A DNA stretch of 64,000 nt from Fidelibacterota bacterium. GTDB taxonomy: Bacteria; Pseudomonadota; Alphaproteobacteria; Rhodospirillales; Rhodospirillaceae. Where the stretch lies: the NCBI GenBank assembly GCA_947476625.1, contig CANJRA010000003.1:821-64820 (forward strand), in the 5' to 3' direction. The notes under the pieces were generated by a model. That model made no database searches, was not told the origin of the DNA, and saw only the letters and a list, made by a program, of their open reading frames with translations. Shown here one piece after another: positions 18,721-27,637 of this stretch. The translations under genes and the position numbers were made by a program. Positions within the stretch are counted from its first letter, which is position 1. Each line of letters starts with the position of its first letter.

Positions 18721-19254
18721 ATGTCGCTCCCTCCCCCCACGCCTGCCGCTTTACCGTCAACGGGGCAAGTTGGTCCCGGACAGGAAGCGCATCGGCTATT
18801 TCTGATCGTGGTTGATGACTCAGAAGAATTGCCCGCGGCGGTTCATTACGCCTGCATGCGCGCACGCCAAACCGGAGGGCGCGTCGCATTACTGTACGTG
18901 TATCAAATCGATACCGACTTCCATCACTGGAAGTTCGTAACCGATATGGTCGAATACGAGGCACGCAACGAAGCCGACAACGTCCTCAAACTCCATGCGC
19001 TCCGCGTCGTGCAGGAAACCGGACGTCGACCGGAGTTATATGTGCGCAAAGGCAACCGGCGCGAAGAGTTGTTCAAACTCGTGAAAGAGCACCCGGAAAT
19101 TTCGATCCTTGTGCTGAGCGCCGCGCCGGGCAGTAAGCCGGGCCCTTTGGTGGAAGCCGTCACAGGCAAATATGCAGGAAAAATCGGTATTCCGGTGACC
19201 GTCGTGCCTGGTCACAAAACGGCACATCCCGACGCAGCAAGCCCAACCGTTTAA
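18721..19254 (+). CDS. Universal stress protein (UspA family)
   Basis: FLIVVDDSEE...RVALLYV...ISILVLSA...GPLVEAVTGKYAGKIGIPVTVVP matches the Usp fold pattern. Confidence 0.75.
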   Translation: MSLPPPTPAALPSTGQVGPGQEAHRLFLIVVDDSEELPAAVHYACMRARQTGGRVALLYVYQIDTDFHHWKFVTDMVEYEARNEADNVLKLHALRVVQETGRRPELYVRKGNRREELFKLVKEHPEISILVLSAAPGSKPGPLVEAVTGKYAGKIGIPVTVVPGHKTAHPDAASPTV

Positions 19255-19490
19255 AACTGCGACCCAATTGGAATCAATGCCATAGCCGACCGGCTGTGAA
19301 ACTGGCGATAGCACTTCGCAGTGCGCTTTCACATGCACGGTAGAAAATCCCGCACCGGATTATTGGGATCAAGCCGAAACCACTGCTGAGATTGGCATTG
19401 CCATCATGTCAGCCCGCGAATTACAGATAGGAATGTCCGCAACGAAGCGGACAAAGCGGTATTAAACCGCGCGGGCCGTGGGGCTTTACT

Positions 19491-20129
19491 TTGACGGACA
19501 TCACACCGCAAAAGGTTGTGCCACATCCGAAGGCACACATAGCAAAGCCACATGATCTGCGATCGCTCGTGCATGACATGAGCCAATGGCGCCATGCGCC
19601 GGTCGAAAACGTTCACCTTATTTTCATCAGCCTCGGCGGTGCCGTCCCCGTCAGCAAACATACGCCCGAGATGGTTGCGCAGATCGGCACCGGCCTATGT
19701 GTGCTGGCCGCACAACGCGGCATTCGGATTTATCAGGTCGCCCCCGCCGACTTCGCGGTTATGGTGCGGGCCTCCGGCGAACTTTTGCAGGATCTGCAGC
19801 GCGATCTAAAAGTAGCCCCGCTCCGCGTCGTCGAAAAGCACAGCCCGGAGAACTTCGGCACGATCAACCAAAATCGCTTTGTCATGGTGTTCAACCTTAC
19901 CGAACACTATCGCGCGGCGGCCGAGCGCGTGGCCAAATATGCCGCCGATGCGCAGAAGATCAACGATCCAGAAATCGCACAACAAAAGCAGCTGCGACCG
20001 TTGTCTCCCGAAGATCTTGAGAATGTCCTGCACGCCTTCAAGAAGTTCGGCTCCGACAAATTCCTTAAAGCCTTCATGCGCGATCAAGTTGTCGTGCGCA
20101 ACGTTGCCGGCGCAAACCCCGAGCCATAG
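19491..20129 (+). CDS. Hypothetical protein, possibly a degenerate GGDEF-like N-terminal module. It ends at a TAG that is in frame with the next ORF.
   Basis: The 212-aa ORF shows weak GGDEF-like patterning (VHLIFISLGG..., RIYQVAPADFAVMV). The TTG start is uncertain. The same reading frame continues directly into 20130..20732. Confidence 0.5.
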   Translation: MTDITPQKVVPHPKAHIAKPHDLRSLVHDMSQWRHAPVENVHLIFISLGGAVPVSKHTPEMVAQIGTGLCVLAAQRGIRIYQVAPADFAVMVRASGELLQDLQRDLKVAPLRVVEKHSPENFGTINQNRFVMVFNLTEHYRAAAERVAKYAADAQKINDPEIAQQKQLRPLSPEDLENVLHAFKKFGSDKFLKAFMRDQVVVRNVAGANPEP

Positions 20130-20732
20130 ATGCACGAGTACTTCATCAGCATGGATTCGCTGCGTAAGCCGCTTTTCATCGATGTCGAGATGCGCGCTTC
20201 CGGCCAGCTGTTTAACGACTTCACGCGCGTGCTGGATCAAATTGCGCTGCGCGCCTTCAAGCACATGGAACCGACAGCGATGCCGTTTTCCATCAACGTC
20301 AACGTCGTGACCGTATTCACTGCGGCTTTCGCCGACTTCATGGATCGAACCTCGAAGGAGACGTTGTCACGCCTGACGTTCGAATTCCGTCAGGCCGATA
20401 TTGTCGAACATTTCGACGAGTTTGAAATCGCGCGCGGCATGATCAAAGCCATGGGGGCGAGCATCGGCGTCGACAAGATTTTCCCGCAAACCCTGGGGCT
20501 CGTGGATCTTGACTATATCGGCGCGAGCTATGCCAAGGTGCTGTGGCGCGACGGCGCGGAAGAAATTCTGAAAGAGCGCGGAAAAACCTTCAAATACATG
20601 CTCGACTGCGGGCTTCAGCCGATCCTGATCCGCGTCGACAATCCCAAGGCGCTTATCGTTGGCGCAGAGTTGGGTGTGAATACCTTCCAGGGCTTCCTGA
20701 TCGACGACACACTTCGCAAGCGCGCCGCTTAA
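20130..20732 (+). CDS. Degenerate EAL-domain-like protein (catalytic residues apparently not conserved)
   Basis: The motif order parallels an EAL domain: HEYFISM (EAL position), FSINVNV, LTFEFRQ, IGVDKIF (DDFG position), AKVLW, LIRVDNP and FQGFLI. The ATG directly abuts the upstream TAG and there is no Shine-Dalgarno. Confidence 0.55.
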   Translation: MHEYFISMDSLRKPLFIDVEMRASGQLFNDFTRVLDQIALRAFKHMEPTAMPFSINVNVVTVFTAAFADFMDRTSKETLSRLTFEFRQADIVEHFDEFEIARGMIKAMGASIGVDKIFPQTLGLVDLDYIGASYAKVLWRDGAEEILKERGKTFKYMLDCGLQPILIRVDNPKALIVGAELGVNTFQGFLIDDTLRKRAA

Positions 20733-21542
20733 CTAGCGGCTCTTTGCCGACGCTTTGGACTTAGCGCCCGCGCCAATGCCCCAATCCTGTGCCCACGACA
20801 ATCCCTGCAACGTACCGGCACGCGGCGTGTATTCCGCACCGACCCAGCCATCGTACCCGTGCGCATCGAGCATATCGAAGATGAAGTGCCAATTAACTTC
20901 GCCGAGCTTATCGGGCTCGTGACGACCGGACACGCCTGCGACTTGAACGTGGCCGATGAGCGGCAAATTGTTTTCCAGAAACTCACCCAAGTTACCTTGC
21001 GTGCGCTGCGCGTGATGCAAGTCGTATTGCAACGCTATGTTCTGGTGATCGATAAGCCGGATGATTTCAGCTGCTTGGTCGGGAAGATTAAGAAAGTAGC
21101 CGGGCATTGAAATCGGCTCGATTAAAAGCTGAACGCCTGCCGCCAACGTCATGTCGGCCGCGACCACCAGATTATCGAGATATGTGTCCAACGCCGCCTC
21201 GCGCTGATCTTCTGTGATGCATCCAGCCATGACGTGAAGCCGCGTGCAATCCGTCATATCTGCGTAATTGAGCGCAACCTCAACAGAATCGCGGAACTCT
21301 GACTCGCGTCCCGCCAGCGCCGCCAGCCCGCGTTCACCCGCGGCGTAGTCGCCCGGAGGCGCGTTGAACATCGCAAAGGTCACCCCCGCCATGGCAATTC
21401 TATCGGCGACCTCGTTGGAATCGATATGATACGGAAACTGACATTCGACGCCTGAAAATCCCGCCTCCGCCGCAGCCGCGAAACGGTCGAGAAATGGAAC
21501 CTCGGTGAACAGCAGCGAGACGTTGGCAGCAAAGCGCGGCAT
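20733..21542 (-). CDS. Hydroxypyruvate isomerase family protein (xylose-isomerase-like TIM barrel; Hyi/OtnI-like)
   Basis: MPRFAANVSLLFTEVPFLDRFAAAAEAGFSGVECQFPY...GHVQVAG...EP...GWVGAEY matches the family. Confidence 0.88.
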   Translation of the reverse strand: MPRFAANVSLLFTEVPFLDRFAAAAEAGFSGVECQFPYHIDSNEVADRIAMAGVTFAMFNAPPGDYAAGERGLAALAGRESEFRDSVEVALNYADMTDCTRLHVMAGCITEDQREAALDTYLDNLVVAADMTLAAGVQLLIEPISMPGYFLNLPDQAAEIIRLIDHQNIALQYDLHHAQRTQGNLGEFLENNLPLIGHVQVAGVSGRHEPDKLGEVNWHFIFDMLDAHGYDGWVGAEYTPRAGTLQGLSWAQDWGIGAGAKSKASAKSR

Positions 21543-21547
21543 ATAAA

Positions 21548-22561
21548 TTAAGCCCGTCCTGACGATGTAAAGCGCTTGCCTATCAGATTATCGATGGCCT
21601 GCGCTACATCGCCGGCGGCGTTCAAGGGCGGATGGCGCCAAGAATCGAGGTTCCCACGCGGGTTTTCCGGAAACGGCCTTGCGAAACCAAGCTCATAGAG
21701 GTTTTTGTGAAGACGGGCGTGCTTGGGCGCCACCATGCCGTCCGGTGCGTAAATGTACACAGGACCGGGCGTCGCGCAGGCCTCGGAGCACATTGAGACG
21801 GAATCGCCCGTCACCACCACAGCATCTGCCAAAGCCAGAAAACCAAAATATGGATTGTCGCCGCCGTCGCTCCAGAAAAAGGTTTTGCGGGGCTCCGGGA
21901 TCGCCTCTAACAGCGCCCGTTCGGCATCGCGTCCTGTACGGCGCGATGTCGCCAACAAAACAGTGCCGCCGGCCGCAGCGGTCAAGCCGCTTATCTTACG
22001 TCCGAGTTCGACTGCTAACGCCGCGGGGAATGGCTTGCTGTGCGTAGCACCGCCAACGATCACCGCCACAAAAGGCCGCGGCAAATGACTCAAGCGTGCC
22101 GACCAAACATCGGCGGCGCTTTTAAGACGCAATTCTGTCAAGCGATGCGGTGCGCCGGTGGTTCGCAGCACATTGGGTGCATCACCACCAGGCACGACAC
22201 AATCGTGGCGCGGCACCGCAATCAAATCGAATTCTTCGGCGCCGCTGCGGCCCGGATTCATAAGATGTGCGATAATGACGGGCTTGCCTGCGTGACGCTT
22301 GATCCACCGCGCCGCCGGTGCTGTCCGCCGCCCGGCGGCAACAACGACGTCAGGCCACGGCGGCGTCAGAGCCATACGGCTTTCCGGCGTTAGCCCAACC
22401 AACCGCGCGCCGGTCACAATGTTCGGTAGGCGCGCAAGCGGCGTGTAACGGATATCTTTTGTCACAAATGGACGCTGCAATGCTTCGGCCACGCCAAGCG
22501 CCTGCGCGACATTGCCGGCGCGGTCGTCGGTGAGAGTCCAAATTAGCGGTGCGTGACTCAT
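21548..22561 (-). CDS. ELM1/DUF1022 (mitochondrial fission ELM1-like) family protein
   Basis: IWTLTDDRAGNVAQALGVAEAL...VAVIVGG...VTGDSVSMCSEA matches the family. Start set at the ATG giving MSHAPLIW. Confidence 0.8.
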   Translation of the reverse strand: MSHAPLIWTLTDDRAGNVAQALGVAEALQRPFVTKDIRYTPLARLPNIVTGARLVGLTPESRMALTPPWPDVVVAAGRRTAPAARWIKRHAGKPVIIAHLMNPGRSGAEEFDLIAVPRHDCVVPGGDAPNVLRTTGAPHRLTELRLKSAADVWSARLSHLPRPFVAVIVGGATHSKPFPAALAVELGRKISGLTAAAGGTVLLATSRRTGRDAERALLEAIPEPRKTFFWSDGGDNPYFGFLALADAVVVTGDSVSMCSEACATPGPVYIYAPDGMVAPKHARLHKNLYELGFARPFPENPRGNLDSWRHPPLNAAGDVAQAIDNLIGKRFTSSGRA

Positions 22562-22783
22562 GTAAGCTCCGGAGTGGGGCTCATTTTCCACCATTCCGTC
22601 GCCAGGCGCGACCATCAATTCGAAACAAAAATCTCCCGGAACAAAAAATCTGAAACAAGAGTTTCACGATTGCTTCCTCTCAAACTTTTCACACGACCTT
22701 CTCTTGCACCAATCGCCGCGAAGGGCAAACATGCCTGCGGTGGGATAAGGGGAGACGATATATAGGTAACGGGAGATTTAGGC

Positions 22784-22978
22784 ATGTCATCGGTCGAGAA
22801 GCGCGAGAATCCAACCCACATCGCTCCACTAGAAATGTCTTCATCCTGGCCCGCCATGGCCAGCCAATGGGTCCGCGATCCAGCCATAGAGACGCTGGAA
22901 AACGAAGTACATGCCCGCCGCCAGGAGGCGCTGCGGCGTTGGCGCGGCCTTGTTCCCGAGTCTCCGTCGCGGGTTTAG
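22784..22978 (+). CDS. Hypothetical small protein (64 aa), speculative
   Basis: This is the only ORF with a Shine-Dalgarno-like GGGAGA 8 nt upstream in a 460-bp intergenic region. I recognise no family. Confidence 0.2.
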   Translation: MSSVEKRENPTHIAPLEMSSSWPAMASQWVRDPAIETLENEVHARRQEALRRWRGLVPESPSRV

Positions 22979-23076
22979 TTTACCCCGCGCTTAAGCCCCC
23001 GACGACGCGGTTGTGTGGCGACCTCAATCTGGTTAAATAAACTCGCATTTTTTACACTCTTGCGGGGCCGCCACGT

Positions 23077-23775
23077 ATGTCTTCAGCCGGATCGCCTTCA
23101 CGTAACGCACGCCAACAGGCAGCGGGACAAACCGTCGCCAAAATTCTGCTCGATATCAAAGCCGTGAATTTCCGGCCCGAGGAGCCCTATAAACTGACGG
23201 CAGGCTGGGCCAGCCCGGTCTATATCGACTGCCGCAAGCTGATTTCCTTCCCAGAAGCGCGCCAAACCGTCACGGCTTTGGCTAAGGCAGAAATTCTCGC
23301 CAATCTCGGCGCCGATAAGGTCGATGCCGTGGCGGGCGGTGAAACCGCTGGCATTCCCTACGCTGCCTGGATTTCGGATGCCCTGAATGTGCCGATGCAG
23401 TATGTGCGCAAGAAGCCCAAAGGATTTGGCCGCATGGCGCAGATCGAAGGCGAACTTCACGAAAATCAAAAAGTTGTTTTAGTGGAAGACTTGGCCAGCG
23501 ACGGCGGCTCAAAAATTCTATTTGTAAAAGCGTTGCGCGACGCCGGCGCGGTTTGCGAACATTGTCTGGTGGTATTTTTCTACGGTGCCTTCCCCGGCGC
23601 CATTGAAAGCCTGGCAAAAGACAACATCGCGCTGCACTACCTGTGCACCTGGGCGGATGTCATTGCCGTCGCCGAGGCCGGAAATTATTTCCCTGCTGCA
23701 GCCATCGCGGGCGTGCGCGAATTCTTACAAGACCCGGTCGGCTGGTCTGTGGCGCGCGGCGGCAGAGGCGCTTAA
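23077..23775 (+). CDS. pyrE: Orotate phosphoribosyltransferase
   Basis: It is the long alphaproteobacterial PyrE type, with PRPP loop VVLVEDLASDGGSK and FRPEEPYKLTAGWASPVYIDCR. Confidence 0.92.
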   Translation: MSSAGSPSRNARQQAAGQTVAKILLDIKAVNFRPEEPYKLTAGWASPVYIDCRKLISFPEARQTVTALAKAEILANLGADKVDAVAGGETAGIPYAAWISDALNVPMQYVRKKPKGFGRMAQIEGELHENQKVVLVEDLASDGGSKILFVKALRDAGAVCEHCLVVFFYGAFPGAIESLAKDNIALHYLCTWADVIAVAEAGNYFPAAAIAGVREFLQDPVGWSVARGGRGA

Positions 23776-23779
23776 CGCC

Positions 23780-25345
23780 TCATTCAGCGGCGGCAGCCAT
23801 CGCGTCGTCATGGGTGATTGGCAAGGTTACCCTCACCCGCAGGCCGCCTTCTGGGCGGTTTATCAACTCGACGTCGCCGCCCATGCTGCGGACGGCATTG
23901 CGCGCGATGGTCAACCCAAGACCCGTGCCACCGGTTTGGCGCGAGCGTGACGATTCCAATCGAATAAAGGGCGCAAAAACCCGCTCTTTATCGCCAAGCG
24001 GAATACCCGGACCGTCGTCGTCGATATGAACCGCAAATTCTGAAACGCCGTGAGTCACAACAACACGCGCTGCTTTGCCGTACTGCACGGCATTGTCGAG
24101 AAAATTACTAATGGCGCGCTTAAGCGCCAAGGGGCGCGTACTCACCGCCAAGGTATCTGGTCCGCTGTAAGAGACATCACGACCGATGGCACATTGATCG
24201 CCACATAAAGCAGCAATGATCGCAGCCACATCGACCGATGCGATGGGTTCGTTGGAGGCATCGTCACGCGCGAAGATCAGTGTCGCACCAATCATGGATT
24301 CCATCTCATCCAGATCGCTCAACATTTTGCGGCGCTGAATATCATCGTCGATGAATTCCGCACGCAATCGCATGCGCGTCAGCGGTGTACGAAGATCATG
24401 GGAAATAGCTGCCAGCATTTGCGTGCGGTCGTGGATAAAACGCCGGATGCGAGTCTGCATGGTGTTGAAGGCTTGGGTCGCACGCCGCACTTCCGAGGGG
24501 CCATCGTCTTCATCCGCCAATGGTTCGGCGTTAACGTCGACGCCCAGCCGTTCGGCCGCGGTTGCGAATAACGTCAACGGCCGAGTCGCTTTCAGCACAC
24601 CCCGCCAGGCGATGCCGCTGACCACGAGCGAGAATGCCGTCAGCCACAAAAATGGAATAAATTCGCCGATCGGCTCGCCCAAATTCAGCAACACACGGGC
24701 GTTGAACCATGCCTGCGTTTTACTGGGCACTTTGATCGAGACGTTGAAGAGTGCTTCGTCTAACGCCGGTAGCCCATTGTTGAGGGCGATCATGCGTTGA
24801 TCTGCGCGCGGCGCGAACATACGGCTCAGCAAAGAGCGTGATTGTTTTGGCGCGGCCGCTTGTTTTGTATCGACGCCGAGCGAAAGATCCTCCTCGCTCG
24901 CGATAACCGCTTCAGAAGGCATGATTGAACGGCGGATCGCTTCATCGAGCGGGAGGGCGTCTGATTCAAAGCCGCGCAGATCAATGCGGCTGTCGACGCG
25001 AATATCTGTAAGCGCGGGGAATTCCTTCTGCAGCTTGCGCAGCACAATACGCGAGGCGAATTGATCGTCGGATTGCTCGACAATCGGTTCCGTTGTCATG
25101 CGCAGATTCATGAGCGGCGAGCTGAGCCGTGTGATCAGCGGACGCCGATCAACCGGCTGCGCACGTTCCACCAACCGTTTGATGACGATGATTTGATCGG
25201 CCGCTTGAGATGCCGCAGCCGCAGCCGCAGTCTCGTCACGAAATATTCCGTAGAGCGCCAGCGAAGCAAAATTAATGAAGATGACCGTCAGAACCAGCGC
25301 GACAAAAACACGTCCGTTTAAGCTCTGAGGCCAAAAACATCTCAC
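23780..25345 (-). CDS. Two-component sensor histidine kinase (EnvZ-like: 2 TM, HAMP, HisKA, HATPase_c)
   Basis: It has the H-box MLAAISHDLRTPLTRM, N-box NFLDNAVQY and G-boxes DDDGPGIP / GGTGLGLTIAR. It overlaps the response-regulator stop by 4 nt. Confidence 0.92.
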   Translation of the reverse strand: MRCFWPQSLNGRVFVALVLTVIFINFASLALYGIFRDETAAAAAASQAADQIIVIKRLVERAQPVDRRPLITRLSSPLMNLRMTTEPIVEQSDDQFASRIVLRKLQKEFPALTDIRVDSRIDLRGFESDALPLDEAIRRSIMPSEAVIASEEDLSLGVDTKQAAAPKQSRSLLSRMFAPRADQRMIALNNGLPALDEALFNVSIKVPSKTQAWFNARVLLNLGEPIGEFIPFLWLTAFSLVVSGIAWRGVLKATRPLTLFATAAERLGVDVNAEPLADEDDGPSEVRRATQAFNTMQTRIRRFIHDRTQMLAAISHDLRTPLTRMRLRAEFIDDDIQRRKMLSDLDEMESMIGATLIFARDDASNEPIASVDVAAIIAALCGDQCAIGRDVSYSGPDTLAVSTRPLALKRAISNFLDNAVQYGKAARVVVTHGVSEFAVHIDDDGPGIPLGDKERVFAPFIRLESSRSRQTGGTGLGLTIARNAVRSMGGDVELINRPEGGLRVRVTLPITHDDAMAAAAE

Positions 25346-26109
25346 GCAGCCACCACCTCGGGGGTGAACATATAACCGCCGCCGCGCACGGTTTTTATCA
25401 GAATGGGATTCTTGGGATCAGGCTCGATCTTGCGCCGCAGACGGCCCACTTGAACGTCTACGGATCTGTCGAATGGAATGGCGGCCCGACCGCGGGCCAT
25501 GTCGAGCAACTGGTCGCGGTTCAACAAGCGGCGCGGGTGGTCGACAAAAGCGATCAGCAGATCGTATTCGCCCGCCGTAAGGGCAATGCTCTCTTCGCCG
25601 CGTTGAAGCGTGCGCGTTGCGGGGTCGAGTAAGAAGCCTGCGAAGATCACGCGCTCCAAACGGCCTTCGCCGACATCGGCTACGCCCGAAGACTCCGAGC
25701 GGCGCAAAACCGCTTTGATGCGCGCCGCCAGTTCACGTGGATTGAAAGGTTTCGCCATGTAGTCGTCGGCCCCGACTTCGAGACCGATGATGCGATCAAC
25801 CTCTTCACCCATGGCCGTCAGCATGATGACAGGCATGTTCGACTCACTACGTACATGGCGGCACAAAGTCAGGCCGTCTTCACCCGGCATCATAAGGTCC
25901 AAAACCAGGAGGTCGAAGGACCAATCCGTCATGGCTTGCCGCATTTCGCGGCCGTCTTTGGCGGTGGTGATCCGAAAGTCGTGTTTCGACAAAAACCGGC
26001 TCAACAAGTCACGGATTTCCGTGTCGTCGTCGACGATAAGAATATGCGGTTTTGGGGCTTCATTCGGCGTTGTCACGGTGTCTTCTCCCGGCGGGCTGAA
26101 ACTATACAC
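25342..26109 (-). CDS. OmpR/PhoB-family response regulator
   Basis: The receiver domain (ILIVDDD...DLLVLDLMMPGEDG...K) is followed by a winged-helix output domain (LTAGEYDLL...RLRRKIE...IKTVRGGGY). GTG start. Confidence 0.93.
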   Translation of the reverse strand: MYSFSPPGEDTVTTPNEAPKPHILIVDDDTEIRDLLSRFLSKHDFRITTAKDGREMRQAMTDWSFDLLVLDLMMPGEDGLTLCRHVRSESNMPVIMLTAMGEEVDRIIGLEVGADDYMAKPFNPRELAARIKAVLRRSESSGVADVGEGRLERVIFAGFLLDPATRTLQRGEESIALTAGEYDLLIAFVDHPRRLLNRDQLLDMARGRAAIPFDRSVDVQVGRLRRKIEPDPKNPILIKTVRGGGYMFTPEVVAA

Positions 26110-26199
26110 CTATGTTGGGGCTCTCTAGCGGATCTACAGGGGAATCTAGTTACAAAGTGTAAGCATATTTACAGGCTGTTACATACGGCGCGCTAAATT

Positions 26200-26214
26200 G
26201 TTCTTGTTTTGTTC
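26200..26214 (+). promoter_or_regulatory. Alphaproteobacterial LexA (SOS) box GTTC-N7-GTTC upstream of the radical SAM gene
   Basis: GTTCTTGTTTTGTTC is a perfect direct-repeat match. It lies 18-24 nt upstream of the candidate start codons (26232/26238). Confidence 0.6.
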
Positions 26215-26237
26215 TATTTAGCACTTTAGCTTTGGGT

Positions 26238-27383
26238 ATGAGCATCAAGGCACCGCACCTCAATCCCCGTCATGAGCCGCGCTATAGCGGTGGCCCGTTG
26301 GCAGGCACCGTCGGCGTTCAACCAGACGCTAAACGTGGGCGCGGGGCCATGAGCAACGGCGCTGGGCGCTATGAGCGCGCCGGACGGGTCGCGGTGGACG
26401 ATGGCTGGGATAATTTGGACGCCCCGCCCCCGCCCCTTAAAACCCATATGTTCCGGGATTCAACCCGGACCATCATTGCGCGCAACACGTCGCCGGATAT
26501 CGGCTTCGATCGCTCGATCAACCCTTACCGGGGCTGCGAGCACGGCTGCACATATTGTTTCGCCCGTCCGACCCATGCCTACCTCGGCATGTCTCCGGGT
26601 CTCGATTTCGAAAGTAAGATTTTTTATAAGCCCGATGCCGCCGAGCTATTGGAAAAAGAACTGCGCGCACCGGGCTACCAGTGCCGCACAATGGCCATGG
26701 GCACCAACACCGATCCCTATCAACCGGCGGAACGCCACTACAGAATTACGCGCTCGATTTTGGAAGTGCTGCAGCGTTTCAAACATCCGATTGGCTTCGT
26801 CACCAAGTCGGCGCTGATCACACGCGATATAGATATCCTGGCCGCCATGGCGCACGAGAACCTTGCCAAGGCCGCTATCTCAGTGACCTCGCTCGACCCC
26901 CATCTGGCACGCAAGATGGAGCCACGCGCCTCGACCCCGTCACGCCGTATTGACGCGCTACGCCAGATGAGCGCGGCCGGCATCCCCACCGCGGTTATGT
27001 TCGCGCCCCTCATTCCAGGACTGAACGATCACGAATTGGAATCCGTGCTGGCAGCGGCGAAAGACGCCGGCGTGCAATCAGCGGGCTTCGTAATGTTGCG
27101 ACTGCCGCTGGAGGTCAAAGATCTATTTCAAGAATGGTTAGGCGCCGAAGTGCCCGAACGCGCATCGCGTGTCATGAGCCTGGTGCGCGCGACGCGCGGC
27201 GGTAAAGATTACGATGCTAAATGGAACGAACGGCAGTCGGGCACCGGTCCCATCGCAGAAGCTGCGGCAGACCGCTTCCACTTAGCGTGCAAACGCCTCG
27301 GCCTCAATCAATCGCGCGCACGCTTGGACACGACCAAGTTCTGTCCGCCGCCTCAAGCCGGCGATCAACTGATGTTGTTGTGA
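26238..27383 (+). CDS. PA0069-family radical SAM protein (spore-photoproduct-lyase-related)
   Basis: RGRGAMSNGAGRYE...INPYRGCEHGCTYCFARPTHAYLG carries the CxxxCxxC motif. The start could be the TTG at 26232 or the ATG at 26238. Confidence 0.88.
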   Translation: MSIKAPHLNPRHEPRYSGGPLAGTVGVQPDAKRGRGAMSNGAGRYERAGRVAVDDGWDNLDAPPPPLKTHMFRDSTRTIIARNTSPDIGFDRSINPYRGCEHGCTYCFARPTHAYLGMSPGLDFESKIFYKPDAAELLEKELRAPGYQCRTMAMGTNTDPYQPAERHYRITRSILEVLQRFKHPIGFVTKSALITRDIDILAAMAHENLAKAAISVTSLDPHLARKMEPRASTPSRRIDALRQMSAAGIPTAVMFAPLIPGLNDHELESVLAAAKDAGVQSAGFVMLRLPLEVKDLFQEWLGAEVPERASRVMSLVRATRGGKDYDAKWNERQSGTGPIAEAAADRFHLACKRLGLNQSRARLDTTKFCPPPQAGDQLMLL

Positions 27384-27420
27384 AAAAAAACCGGGCGGCT
27401 CCCGTAATGAAACCGCCCGG
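27383..27420 (-). terminator. Hairpin with a U-tract only on the minus strand
   Basis: A8 followed by CCGGGCGG-N14-CCGCCCGG. On the minus strand the stem is followed by T8. On the plus strand no T-tract follows it. Confidence 0.35.
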
Positions 27421-27512
27421 CCTCCCCCTCCGGCAGTGTCGTGCCGGCAATTGAAACGGTCATCGACCGTGTAATTGAGTGTGACAGCTTACGCAGGACG
27501 CCAAGCATCAAT

Positions 27513-27553
27513 AAAGCCAGATACGCCGGGCGTTTCTGGCTTTATTACTTTTC
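27513..27553 (+). terminator. Intrinsic terminator; likely the true 3' end of the radical SAM transcript or of a small RNA
   Basis: AAAGCCAGA-T-ACGC-CGG-GCGT-T-TCTGGCTTT forms a 13-bp stem with one T/T mismatch, followed by ATTACTTTTCT. Confidence 0.5.
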
Positions 27554-27637
27554 TGTAAAACTGTTGCAAAAATGGCCCGAACATCACACCGCACTGCAAT
27601 AGAAATTGTGCGTCGCACAACGCGCGCTCTATCGCAA

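Noticed and set aside
22615-22887. 90-aa minus-strand ORF in the ELM1/pyrE intergenic region.
   Set aside because: It has no Shine-Dalgarno and no family resemblance, and it overlaps the equally weak plus-strand 64-aa ORF. Neither can be supported beyond speculation.
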